Of a stretch of 64,000 nt of DNA, positions 40,546 to 52,718 are shown in pieces; position 1 is the stretch's first letter; the number at the start of each line of letters is the position of its first letter. The position numbers were made by a program, and so were the translations under genes. The notes beneath the pieces were generated by a model. The model was not told the origin of the DNA. It made no database searches and worked only from the letters and a program-made list of their open reading frames with translations. Where the stretch lies: the NCBI RefSeq assembly GCF_018350175.1, contig NC_058368.1:147686001-147750000 (forward strand). Direction: 5' to 3'. The stretch comes from Felis catus (Eukaryota).

Positions 40546-42390
40546 CTCCATCTCAAGGTCTATTTCCTGTGGCTTGAAATTCTCTCACCTGAGTTATTCA
40601 TGTGGCTCAGTCCACAGTATCTTTCAGGCCTTTGGTTACAAGTCACCTCATCTGAGACTTCTGTCACCATTTCACATAACATAGCAGTCCACACCTTTCT
40701 CCCATTGCTTTGTCTTAGTACACTCTGGTATGAGGTTGATGCTTAAAAAAAATTTGGTTAATTGATTTTAAAAACTCTAGTAGATATAACGAAAATTTTG
40801 ATGAAATCTTTTAATATCCAAGGAATTAATCTCAAATGTTGGCGTGTCAGGCTCCTTTATAGATTTCAAAAGAGATCATTTTAAGGAAGAGAGCCTTTCC
40901 TACTTTGATGGAGATAACACAGCCATGCACTTATTTGAAAGCCCCACTGAATGGTGCTGTGTATTGTATTTGAGAAAGCAATGACCTGCAAATACCAAAG
41001 AGCTCCAAAAAAAATTTAGCCTAACTTGTAAAATCAAGTTTCAGAGTTCATGGTTAGCGTTATTTCCAATATAACCACTGTAATATAAAATGGCTCTACT
41101 AGTGAATTGCTCAAAAGAGTTAAATATCCAGCTTCAACTTGGGTCTCCCTTAACTTACTTATTATTTTTTTTTTCAAGCAGTGTCCTTAAATTAAAATGA
41201 TTCCTAGGAATTTTCTGTGAAATACTGACAGGTTTGACATCAGTTTTTAAAGAATCCTGGGACTTACTCAGTTTAAGTATATTTGGTTTGTGGAACGGTG
41301 CAGATGCCAAACTGTGTACTGAATAAAAGATACAATGTGGTGATTTGTTCTGAGGGGCAATGAGCCAGAATTCTGCAATTTCACATTAGATGGTAGGTTG
41401 CAACAATAAATCTCTTTTAAGAAATGAAACAAATGGGACTGATGGAAAATTTTTAGAAAGGAAATCACCAACAACATATAGGGACAATACCTGTAAAATG
41501 TGTTATGTATTTTGATATATATCATTTATAGTACAGCTGCTTTCTAAAAAGGCAGCAATATGAAAGCTTTTGAGAGTCTAGGTACTCCATGTGGTTATAT
41601 TTTCAAATATAGGATGCATAAATCGAACTTAGTTTTATATGGTACATTTGAACAGAATGTAGAAAATAGAAAATCTACTCTCTAGAAACACTATGAATAT
41701 GTAAATGATGTTTTATAAATATAGTTCTAAAAGTGAGTCTCCGTTTTCTAACATAAAAATTTCAAATAAGGCTACATCTTTAAGAGAATATTTTTAAGTA
41801 GTATTGTTGGAGAAAAAGACAACAATGTTTTAAATAACCAAGTATTTGCCCCATACAACAAGTTTTAGGAACCACTCATTAGCACAAAATATTTTTCTTT
41901 ACACACCAGAATCATATGAGAAGAGCTTTAAAAAATTATCTTTCCACTGACAGCAAGCCTGAAACACAACAATTTAATAGTAAATATACTTACATACTTT
42001 CTATTAGCCTGAGATGTGATCAGTGCCAGCATGTGACATAACAAAGATCAGAAAGTAGACAAAGAGCAGAACAGAAAATTAAATACCCTACACATTAATC
42101 TTAATTCATTCATTTATCACATATTCAATGTGTCATCTAAGTATAATTTATAGTATAGCTTTACAGTTTTCATATTACTGCCAAATACTATTATTTCCCT
42201 TTAGAAGGAAACTCAGAAGGAAGGATTTTAGGTATTTTCACATTTCTTCATGGAGAGAGTTTCCACTTCTCACTATGATAAAGTCATTTCAGGGGAGGAG
42301 GGGTTGCCTTTCTACTACCAACAATTACAAAACTGGATGAAATACATTATGTAACCATTTTTAGACATTGGATTAGAAGTACAGAACTGA

Positions 42391-42606
42391 GGAGTGCCTG
42401 GGTGGCTTAGTCACTTAAGCCTCCAACTTTGGCTCAGGTCATGAACTCCTGGTCTGTGGGTTCAAGCCCCGCATCGGGCTCTGTGGTGACAGCTCAGAGC
42501 ATGGAGCCTGCTTCAGATTCTGTGACTCCCTCTCTCTCTGCCCCTCCTCCACTCACATTCTCTCTCTCAAAAATAAACATTGAAAAAAAATTAAAAAAAA
42601 AAAAAA
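42391..42606 (+). mobile_element. Can-SINE (SINEC_Fc-like)
   Basis: Full body with A tail. Confidence 0.93.
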
Positions 42607-43007
42607 GACATGCAAAGAAGAAAATGTGCTCTATAAAGAATAAAGCCAATTAACAGGAAGGGACCCCCACTACTCACTAGAAATACAAGAGTTTAATAAT
42701 TAATATATTTAGTAACTTAAAGAAAGATCTGGTATTAAGGAATTAACAGACTGGAATTCTCAGTCTGTTTATTAAAAATAAACAAAAAACAACCAATCAA
42801 GAACTAGCAATACTAGCATAAAAAGTAAAATACAAAGTTACAGATAAACTTCAAAACTGTTATTGTGAGTATAAGAAGCTAGACACAAAAGCATATGGAA
42901 GATTCCATTTCTAGGAGACTACAGAATAGGGAAATTTAAGATGACAGACATAACAGAGATTTGGGGTGGGGATTAGGAGTGATGACAGAGAAATTCTCTA
43001 TGATGTG

Positions 43008-43400
43008 TGTGGTATATGGTAGAATAATAGCCTTCCAAGGATGTCCACATCTTGTTGCCCGGAACCTGTGATTATGTTACCTCACATGGCAGAAATGGAA
43101 GGTAATGTCAAAATCATGAAAGTAGAGGTGATAACAGAAACAGAGGTTGGGGTAATGTGCTTTGAAGACAGAAAAAGGGCCCAGATAACAAGGAATGCAG
43201 ATGGTCTCTAGAAGCTAGAAAAGTTCAGAAAATGGATTCATCCCTAGAACCTTCAGAAGGAACCAGCCTTGCTACATCTTTATTGATATAATAAGACTCA
43301 TTTCAGGTTTCTGAACTCCAGAACTGGGAGTTAATCAGTTTGTCTTCTGTTAAGTTACCAACATGGCAATTTGTTGCAGCAGCAAGAAGAAACAAATACA
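43008..43400 (+). mobile_element. MLT1C/D MaLR LTR within an L1ME remnant
   Basis: ggaacctgtgattatgttacctcacatggca; ctctagaagctagaaaag; gcagcagcaagaagaaacaaataca end. Confidence 0.8.
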
Positions 43401-43557
43401 AGGTGGTTGTTATCTGGGTATAGAAGTTTTTTAAAAGTCACTGAAGTGTATAATCACAACCTGTGTATTTAATTGTGCGTAAATTATGCCTCAATAAATT
43501 TTCAAATACACTGAAAAAAATCTCTATAGAAAATAGGTTTTGCATGACCAGTTCTAA

Positions 43558-43787
43558 GGCTATGTTGTCCAACACAGTAGCACCTGTTACATGCTATATG
43601 TACATGGGATTTTGAAGTTTTAGCACAAAACAATCCATCAATAAAATTATTACATGTTAAAATATTTTGCATATGTTGGGTTAAAATGTATGAAACCAAC
43701 TTTACTTGTTTATTTTGTAATGTGACTTCTACAAAATTTAAAATTACATTTGTAACTTTCATTATATTTTAACAGACAATCCTGCCT
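43558..43787. mobile_element. MER33-like hAT-Charlie MITE
   Basis: gttgtccaacacagtagc; atatgttgggttaaaat; aaaatttaaaattacatttgt. Confidence 0.7.
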
Positions 43788-46768
43788 CAAGTACTTTATG
43801 AGTTCAGAGAGGGTTAAATTCATATCTAGTTAGAAGATTCTGGGAGGGAATTCAACCCTGAAAATTTTTCCACAATGCGAGGTTAAGAAGAGAACACAGT
43901 ATTCCAGGAAATCGGAAATGCAAGGTCAGAATTAGAAGGTGAGAGCTCAATGCATGTTTGAAGAATATCAAATAATGGAGGTTAGTTAGAACAGAGAACT
44001 AATATTGAGAAGTAATTGCAGATTAAGTGACTAATCTCATTAATTTTGTTTGAAGTAGCACAGATTCCCAGAATATTAGAAGAGCCCATATTCAAATGTA
44101 AACATAAATACCTTGTAATTCCAAACATAAAGGATGTTGGTATTATGGCTAATATTTTATATTGTTTATGAGACTATTCCATTAGCTCAGATAAATTACA
44201 AAGATAATGTCTTCCATTAGCACAGAGAGTCAATTGTCTAGGGAATCAATTTTTTTTTTTGTAGCAGTTTCATTCTTAATTTGCTCATCAAGAGAGTGAA
44301 TAACCTACCAGAGGTCCCACTCTAATTTTTCTGTAGCTAAGCATGTTTTAAATTCATGAAATGGTTAAAACATGATTACAGTATACAATTTTTAAAAGAA
44401 AAATGAAAAGATAATTGTTTAAATAGTGGTATCCAGAATATCACACATCAGTTTACATAACCTGGAATACAAAAGAAGTTCTAGATCATTTGGGAAAACT
44501 ATACACGTCCACATCCATTTAAATCACAGGAAATATTTGGCATGGGAAAAAATGCTCTTGAATAATGGTGATTGTTATAGATGTGTGTCTATACCATAAA
44601 CACATATACCAAAATGTAGTATATACTTAAATGATAAAGAAGTTTTTGCCACTCTGGTTAATTCTGCAGACTGAACATGCATTATGGTAGCCTTTGAAAA
44701 TAGGTCTTTATTTTTACGTATACTAGGGAGAGATATGGGTATATAAATACACATATACACATATGAAGTGTAGATTACCTTGTACATAGGAATAAATCTT
44801 AATATATATCAAATGTCTTAATAAGCACCTCTTTTTTTAACTTTGATAAAATCAAGAGGAAAAACTAGAACCATCTATAATTTGTTGAAATAAAAAAAAA
44901 AAAAACTAAATTCAATACTACCAGTTAAAAAATTAAACTTCTTCTTTGTACTAGCCACTATCACAATTAATAAAATGTTAGTTCCTGCACTCAAATTGGC
45001 AATCTATGGAAGAAGACACATGCATGATAGATGCTATCCAAAGTCAAGGATAGTAAGAGAGAGCTCACAAATGTTGTCTTTGGAAGGGTAGCTTGTTAAT
45101 GGAAACCTCCTGTGATGTGTCAAATCTGAACAGTTTCCTTAGAAATAATGCTTTCAATGCAATGTTAATGATTTACTTAATGGTTTTAAGAAGATTCTTT
45201 GGAAGTTCTAGAACAAAATGTGAAATTCTAAAAATACTGACTAGAACATGGTACTTAATATAGAATATCATTACTACAAGAAAAAATGTTAAATTAATAA
45301 TAGTGTTTTATAATATAACTTCTGTTTTAGAAAGTAAAATTATATATAATTGATCTTGAAAAATATACTATTCAAATTAGGTTAGGTACATATTATAAGC
45401 CTGATGAAATGCTGTGTCAAAGGGAATAAACACTCTTGCTAAGTTGTGTTCCAACAAAGCATTTCAAAGAGGTTTCATGTTAATTAATAATAGGCTAATA
45501 GATGTTCTCTGCTTTTTAATTAAAATAACTTGAAGGTGACTGTGAAAGTACAACATGATCAACTTCTTGTTTTGTGTGCTTTGTAATTTGAGAACGAAAA
45601 GCTGCAGTATGTGATCCATGTTTATGTGCAGTCATTTCTTCCAAAATATTTTATTAGTACCCAGAAAAGAGATAAAGAAGGTTGATAAGCTAAGATTAGT
45701 ATATAGCCCACCTAATATTGTAATAAGATTGTCTAATTTCTAACTGGAGTTACTTATTTAAAAATGAGTCATGTGGGATACAAGAGTTTGGATTAATGAG
45801 GAACTGGAAGGACTTCCAATTTCAGCACTATAGCTGAAAATACTTTTAGAATTCTTATTCCTAAAATGTAAATCATATCATAAAGGGGGGGGAGGTAGAA
45901 AGCACTGAAGGATGGCCATAGTTGATTGGGCTGAATCAAGGTTCAGCACACTCTAGGTACAAATAGGGTGAAGAATAAAGAGCTGACTGGCCTTCCTCAC
46001 TGAGGAATTGGAGGCTTTTACAACTTCAGTGTAGAAGATTCATTTTTCCTCTGTTCAGCCTAAGCCAGAGTTCCTAAAACATTGATTAGGAGACTCAATG
46101 GTAAGACAGAGGAATTTATGTTGATCATTATTATTCAGGGTCTATCTCCAACTGCCAAGCTTACAGGCTTGTAATTACAGCTTCCCTCAATGGAATAAAT
46201 AATCTCAAAAAATTATAGCAATAACTGGCTGTATGACTTCAGTAACCTGCTCTCTGTTGTTGAGAACATGCAACTTTAAAATGTTTGACCATCTTCCAGT
46301 ATTTGTGAAGATGAAATAAAATGTGATATAATGCATTCATTAGGTTGGAAAGAATATGCCAAAACTTCTAATTTTTGACATTGGTTGCTGATTGATTATA
46401 TTAATGCTTCTAAGTGATACACTTTATTGTGTTAAAAAAATACAACTTTAACATAAGATAATCTAACAATGAATTTGAGATTCTTCACAATATCATTTGG
46501 CATAGTGGCATAAAACAGATGATAAGACTGATTCTATGGATAAATAATGGAATATGGATAATGATTCCATAGTGAAGTTCTCAAGAAATTTTATGCCTTA
46601 TATTTACCTTATGATCTTCATCAATGTACCTCTATAAATTACCCAGAATGTTCATGTATGTAAGATTTTTAATGGATGTAAACATTTTAAAGTTTTGAGG
46701 CCCTTTATTACCTCTTGCAAACCAAATCTTCCTGGTAGAAATTTATTTTATCAATTTCCCTAAATCTA

Positions 46769-46987
46769 TTTTTAATCTTTAAGTTTATTTATTTATTTTG
46801 AGAGAGACAGAGACAACACAAGTTGGGGGTGGGCAGAGAGAGAGGGAGAGAGAGAGAATCCCAAGCAGGCTATGCCCTGCTAGCGCAGAGCCCAATATAG
46901 GGCTTGAACCCACAAAGCAATGAGATTATGACCTGAGCTTAAACCAAGAGTTAGATGCTTAACCAACTGAGCCACCCAGATAACCCC
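46769..46987 (-). mobile_element. Can-SINE
   Basis: T tail, GA tract, cttaaccaactgagccaccca head. Confidence 0.92.
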
Positions 46988-47227
46988 TACTTTTTTTTAA
47001 TACCCTATATTACTCCTATTTCCTATTTTATATATTTCTGTTTTATTTAAGAATATTTTATTTGCTATCGAGAATAGATAATACATGCAAATTAAAGAAT
47101 TCAAAAGGTATACATTGGTAACAGTGAAATACATGACTCTCTTCACTCTTTCCCCCAGTTACTGGATTCTCTTTGCTAGAAGCAATCTCTGTTATCTTCA
47201 TGTTTATTTTTATAATTATTTAATGCT

Positions 47228-47230
<3 letters not shown>

Positions 47231-47268
<38 letters not shown>

Positions 47269-47512
47269 TTTAACTTAAAAAAATTTTTTGAGAAAAAGGG
47301 AGATGGGGAGAGGAAAGGGAGGGAGAGGGGGAGAGGTGTAGAAGGGTGAGAGTGGGGAGAGGGGGAGAGAATAGGAGACACAGAATTCAAAGTAGGTTCC
47401 AGGCTCCAAGCTGTCAGCACCGAGCCCCACATAGGGCTCAAATTCCTGAACCATGAGATCATAACCTGAGCCAAAGTCACACGCTCAACCAATTGAGCCA
47501 CCCAGGTGCCCC
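47231..47512 (-). mobile_element. Can-SINE with adjacent (AT)n
   Basis: gagccacccaggtgcccc head; (AT)16 at 47231-47262. Confidence 0.92.
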
Positions 47513-47594
47513 ACACATTTTTAATGCAATGGCATCACTATTTATATACACTATTGCCTAACTAGGTTTTCCCCCTTTAATCATCTTATCTATA

Positions 47595-47790
47595 ACAGAC
47601 GTTGGCAAACTGCATTTCACAAGTAAAATCTATTCTATCTCTTGTTCAAATAGAGTCACTCATTTATTGTTGTATTATTTATTTTTGCTTTCATACAGCA
47701 CAAGAGTCGAATTTTGTTGCTAGAGACTTTATAGTCCCCCAAAACTAAAATATTACCTGGCCCTTCATAGTAAAAAAAGTTTGTGCAATA
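47595..47790. mobile_element. MER58-like hAT-Charlie MITE
   Basis: gttggcaaact...ctaaaatattacctggcccttcatagtaaaaaaagtttg. Confidence 0.65.
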
Positions 47791-48359
47791 GCTAGAAAGT
47801 CTTTCAATACATATACAGAGAGAAGTACCTAAAACTTTTTAACAACTTTGTAATAGCCCATGGAGGAAAGGGAGCATGTAATCTTGAAGCTATCTTTATA
47901 GCTATACTATTATACAGTGTTCAGTATGTTTTTAGACAGTATCTGACTGCTTCTATATATAGTGAACATAGTGCATTCCCCCCCACTTCACTTCCTAACT
48001 CCCTTTCCCACTTTGATTGTATTTTCCAGAGTTTACCCTTATAGCTTTAAATATACTTGTATTTCATTACTTTTGTTATCAGCATAACATTGGACCCCAA
48101 GAAATTATATTATATAAATAATATCCGCTGTTTAAACTTCATCTATCTGTGTTAAATTAACTTCTACCTTTCCTCTCCAATCTCTAACTTTGCTACTTTT
48201 AAGGTTGACAGTCTGAATTTTTAGCACTCACCTTCTTTGGAAACCTAGTGCCCCATTTGCTATCATTCTAGTCTCAGAGTAAATGTGAATTTACTGACAC
48301 CATTTGCTCTGTTTTTCTCTCTCTGGAGATCCAAGAAAAACAGAATTCTATTCTTGGTT

Positions 48360-48364
<5 letters not shown>

Positions 48365-48403
<39 letters not shown>
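48365..48403. repeat. (GT)n microsatellite
   Basis: About 19 perfect GT units. Confidence 0.96.
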
Positions 48404-48411
<8 letters not shown>

Positions 48412-48575
48412 AAGCCAAAAGCCTTTCTCTGTCAGTTGAAATGATTTGCTTCCCCTTTATTCTAGAAACTGTATTTTCATATGTGGAACCATTCTTGCAT
48501 TGTTGGGGTAAATTCCACTTGGTCATAGTGTATAATCCTTTTAATATTCCTTTGAATTTAGGTTGCTATTATTTT

Positions 48576-48790
48576 TTTTTTAATTTTTTTTAATGTTTAT
48601 TTATGAGACAGAGAGAGACAGAGCATGAATGGGGGAGGGGCAGAGAGAGAGGGAGACACAGAATCTGAAACAGGCTCCAGGCTCTGAGCTGTCAGCACAG
48701 AGCCCAACACGGGGCTCAAACTCACAGACTATGAGATCATGACCTGAGCTGAAGTCGGACGCCCAACCAACTGAGCCACCCAGGCACCCC
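48576..48790 (-). mobile_element. Can-SINE (SINEC_Fc)
   Basis: Perfect 16-bp TSD aggttgctattatttt. Confidence 0.96.
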
Positions 48791-49977
48791 AAGGTTGCTA
48801 TTATTTTATTGAGTTTCTTGTTTCATGTATCCTTAAGAAATATTAGTATCCAGTTTTCTTGTTAGGTCTTGGCCTTGGTTTTAATATTAGGCTGATAGTG
48901 TCTTCAGAGACTGAGGTAGAAAATGTTTCCTGCTATTTTGGGGAAAAATTTGAGGATTCTTTTATTTTTTTAAACATTTGGTAGCATTTGTGAAAACAGC
49001 AGCAATGTGGTCCAGTGTTTTTCTTCTTTGGAATTTTTTGATTACTAATTTATTCTCTTTACTCTTGTGGGTGAATTCAAATTTCCTGTTTCTAGGAATT
49101 TGTCCATTTCATCTAGGTTATCCAATTTATTTTGGCACAATTGCTCGTAGTAATCTTATCTTTTTACTTCTATGTCAGTTATAGTGCCCTCACATTCTTT
49201 CTTGGTTTTAGTTAATTTTTTCCCCCTTTTCCCTTCCAGGTTCAAACTGGGTTAGGATTTGTCATTTTATTGATATTTTCAAAGAACCAACTTCTGGTTC
49301 ACTTTTTTTCGAATTTTTCCTGACTTCTTTTTTTAGTTTCACAGCTATAGTTGTATGGAACATTCTATACATGTCTGTTAGGTCTACTTGGTTTATAGTG
49401 TTGTTCAAGTCTTCTATTCTCTTGTTTATCTTTTGTGTTGTTCTATCCATCACTGAAGGTGCCGTGTTGCAAACTCCAACTCTTGTTCAACTATTTCTCC
49501 CTTCAGTTGTGTTTTTGCATTATATACATTGCCCCTAACAACAGAGCTGCCTTTAAGTTGGAGGGGTCAGTACATTTGTTTTTTAATTTCACTACTGGTA
49601 AAGAAGTAGTTACTTCTGTCATTTGCTATATTTTTGTTGCTCATTTCCTCCATTACTACCTTCCTTTGTGTTAGATACAAATTTTCAAGTGTAACTGTTT
49701 TCATGCCTTTTTTATTTGTTTTACTAGTTTATTCTTAATGGTGTTCTTGGGAATAATTAATGTCTTAATTTATAACAATGTAGGTCAGATTAATACCATT
49801 TTACTTTCAATAGGATACAAAAACTTTGCTGTTTCCTCCACCTCATTTTATTGTTATTGTCACAAATTTCATCTTTATACATGATATGCCCATCAGTACA
49901 AATTTATGGTTATTGTTTGATGCATTTGTCCTTTAAATCATATGGGGGGAAAAAGAATTGCAAACCAAAAATACATT

Positions 49978-50161
49978 ATTTAAACAGAGAGAGAGAGAGG
50001 AAGAGAATAAATAGGGAAGGTGCACAAGAGAGGGAGACAGGATCCAAAGTGGGCTTGCACAGACACTGGAGAGTACAATGTGGGGCTCAAACTCACACAC
50101 CATGAGATCAGGACCTAAGCCACAGTTGGATGCGTAAGGGACTGAGCCACCCAGGCACCCC
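49978..50161 (-). mobile_element. Can-SINE
   Basis: GA tract and gactgagccacccaggcacccc head. Confidence 0.88.
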
Positions 50162-50472
50162 AAATCTGATCTTTACACTTATCTTTGTAGTTATCTTTTT
50201 ATAAAATTTTTATTTCTTCATATGAATTTGAGTTGATGTTAGTATTCTTTCAAATTCAGTTGATGTTAGTATTCTTTCCGTTCCATCTTTCCTTCTCTAC
50301 ATTTCCCCTGCTTCTTACCCTGATGTGTGCCTCTTCTCATTTATCTTTCTTGAAATCTAGTTACATATTTGTTACTGGTATACAACAATCATTTTATGTA
50401 TTTATATCAAATGAGTTTACGACAGTAAGTCTCAATAACAGCCATTATGATTTTTATTTTCTTATGAACTTT

Positions 50473-50598
50473 ATTTTTTTTAGTTTATTTTGAGAGAGAG
50501 AGTGCACGAGCAGGGGAGGGGCAGAGAGGGGATGGTGAGAACAAGAATCTCAAGCAGGCAGCTCTTACACTTAACTGCCTAAGCTATCCAGGTGTCCC
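50473..50598 (-). mobile_element. Internally deleted Can-SINE within an antisense L1 3' fragment
   Basis: Tail and GA tract joined directly to the head; approximate TSD ttctt(atg/gtc)aactt. Confidence 0.75.
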
Positions 50599-52511
50599 TT
50601 CTTGTCAACTTAGAAACTTCCAAGTATGCAATACAGTATTACCTACAGTCACCATAGTATACATTATATCCCCAGGACTTATTTTACAACAGGCAATTTG
50701 TCTTTTTGACCACATTTATCATTTCTCACTCATTCTCTTTGTACCCCATTTCCTAACCAAATCTTCTATTGATGGATTGGTGCTCCTTCAGTATAAGGAT
50801 ACTGTGAATTTCCCTCACTGATCTAAGTGGGCTGTTTCTGGTCATGAATTTTTTTTCTTGCCTTCATCAAAGTAGCCTCATAGAAATCTCGCCCTGAGCA
50901 AAGCTTTGCAGAAGATTTCCTCAGTCTTTTTTTCCTGAATCCTCGAGTCCCATCTTCTTTGTTTCAAGTATCAAATTGACATCAAAGCCTCACCTTGCAT
51001 AAAGCAATTTTTATATAGTCTAGGGAAATTTTCATGCTTGGTCTCTGCACCTGTTTCCACACAACCTAAAGGGTGACAGTTCTATAGTTTCAGCTCAGCT
51101 TACAACACAACACTCTATTTTTTGTTCTATTTCTGGTTCACATAGGAGATGACTATTTCATAAACCTAGTTATTCAACACACACCCCCCAAGAAAATTTA
51201 TTAATTCTAGGTTTCTGGGAATGAAGAAGTGTCTGAACACAAGATGTTGCAAAAAATCAAGACTAGAGTTGCATAATACAAAGTATTAATCATTATTGAT
51301 AAACAGAAATATACAAGTTATGATAGGTTTAAAATTTTTATGTAGAAGAATACCCATAACAAGGAGGTCACATATGCCACCTGTCCAAATTTCCCATCTC
51401 TCTTATCAGTGACCAAAATTAGTCATCCTGTGTAAGAATTTACTATTTTTATGCAATGCATAACCCCAACACTCCACTTGTTCTTTCTTCAAAATTTCTC
51501 TTTCCAGCCTACGGTCTTCTTTTTGTCTGGTAATCAGCCAAGATAGGCAGACTTCCCCAGGCAATTCTTATGTTTTCCCACTTCAATTCCCAATGACCCA
51601 TCCTATCAAATTTGAATTATTTTATTTCCCTGGAATTTAACTTTACTATCTGCCTTCCTCATAAAATAACCTAAGGACAAAAATATATAATATAGAATCA
51701 TATGCCACCCTTTCAAGATAATATGTATGTAGTGAGTTTCATTTGCAAATGATGCTCTGAACTAGAATGGAGACCCGTTTTTATGCATACATGTAAATAT
51801 TTAAATACACTCTCAATTAAATATATAATTCAAAATGGGTAATTTTGCCTTCTGTTAACACAGCAAATTACATACAGAGTAAAAGTGATTATGATTCTTA
51901 GTAACTGTGGATAAACTACATGTTAATTTCAAAGGTTTCACCATTTATTGCCAATATGAAAGGAGTGTGAATTTGAGAATAATATGTATTAGTAGAAATC
52001 TGAAGACAATATATTTGAGTATTGTTCCCATACACAGTGTTGTTCAGGTTTTTAGTGAAGTATTACTTGTAGGCATTGAAATGCAGGACCTGCAATTTTA
52101 ATAAGATACTAGGCAGTCTTACAAAATAATTTGTTAGTTTTTATGTGCTACCCTCTGAAACAGGTAAAACCCTCTGAAACAGTTTTTATGTACTACCCTC
52201 TGAAACAGGTATGAAATTTATGAACTAAATTTCATAAACTAGCTATTTCCCAGTCCACCCTAGTTTGGGAATAAAACTGAGCACCAGTCTTCAAGTTCTT
52301 CAGCCCTGTTCCTAAATACCTGGTAAGAACTCTAGCTCCATGTCAGTTCTTCACAAATGGTTCTTGGAATTACCTTTAAGTGATTCTCTGAGATCTGCGA
52401 AAACTCAGTCTCTACTTTCACATATAAACCTATCCATCCCTCCTTAATCTGGTAATCTTTAAACACTGTTGATATCCAAAGTGGCAGTTCTGTTCCCAAA
52501 GTCTTCTAAAG

Positions 52512-52718
52512 TTTTTATTTCTTTTCTCTTTTTTAAATTTATTTATTTTTATTATTTTTGAGAGACAATGTGTGAGAGCAGAAGGGGCAGAGATAGAGGG
52601 GGATAAAGGATCCAAAGCAGGCTCTGTGCTAACAGATGTGAAGCTTAAACTCATGAACTGTGAGATCATGACCTGCGCTGAAGCTGGATGCTTAACTGAC
52701 TGAGCTACCCAGGCACCC
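52512..52718 (-). mobile_element. Can-SINE
   Basis: Full body, tgagctacccaggcaccc head. Confidence 0.9.

Larger units (their letters stand above)
48420..50230 (-). mobile_element. Old L1M ORF2 fragments, antisense, with SINE insertions
   Basis: ORF 49262..49453 (TTQKINKRIEDLNNTINQVDLTDMYRMFH) is L1 endonuclease-domain sequence; aggaatttgtccatttcatctagg. Confidence 0.8.

Noticed and set aside
42745..42769. 9-bp hairpin aacagactg/cagtctgtt
   Set aside because: Short enough to arise by chance; no associated structure.
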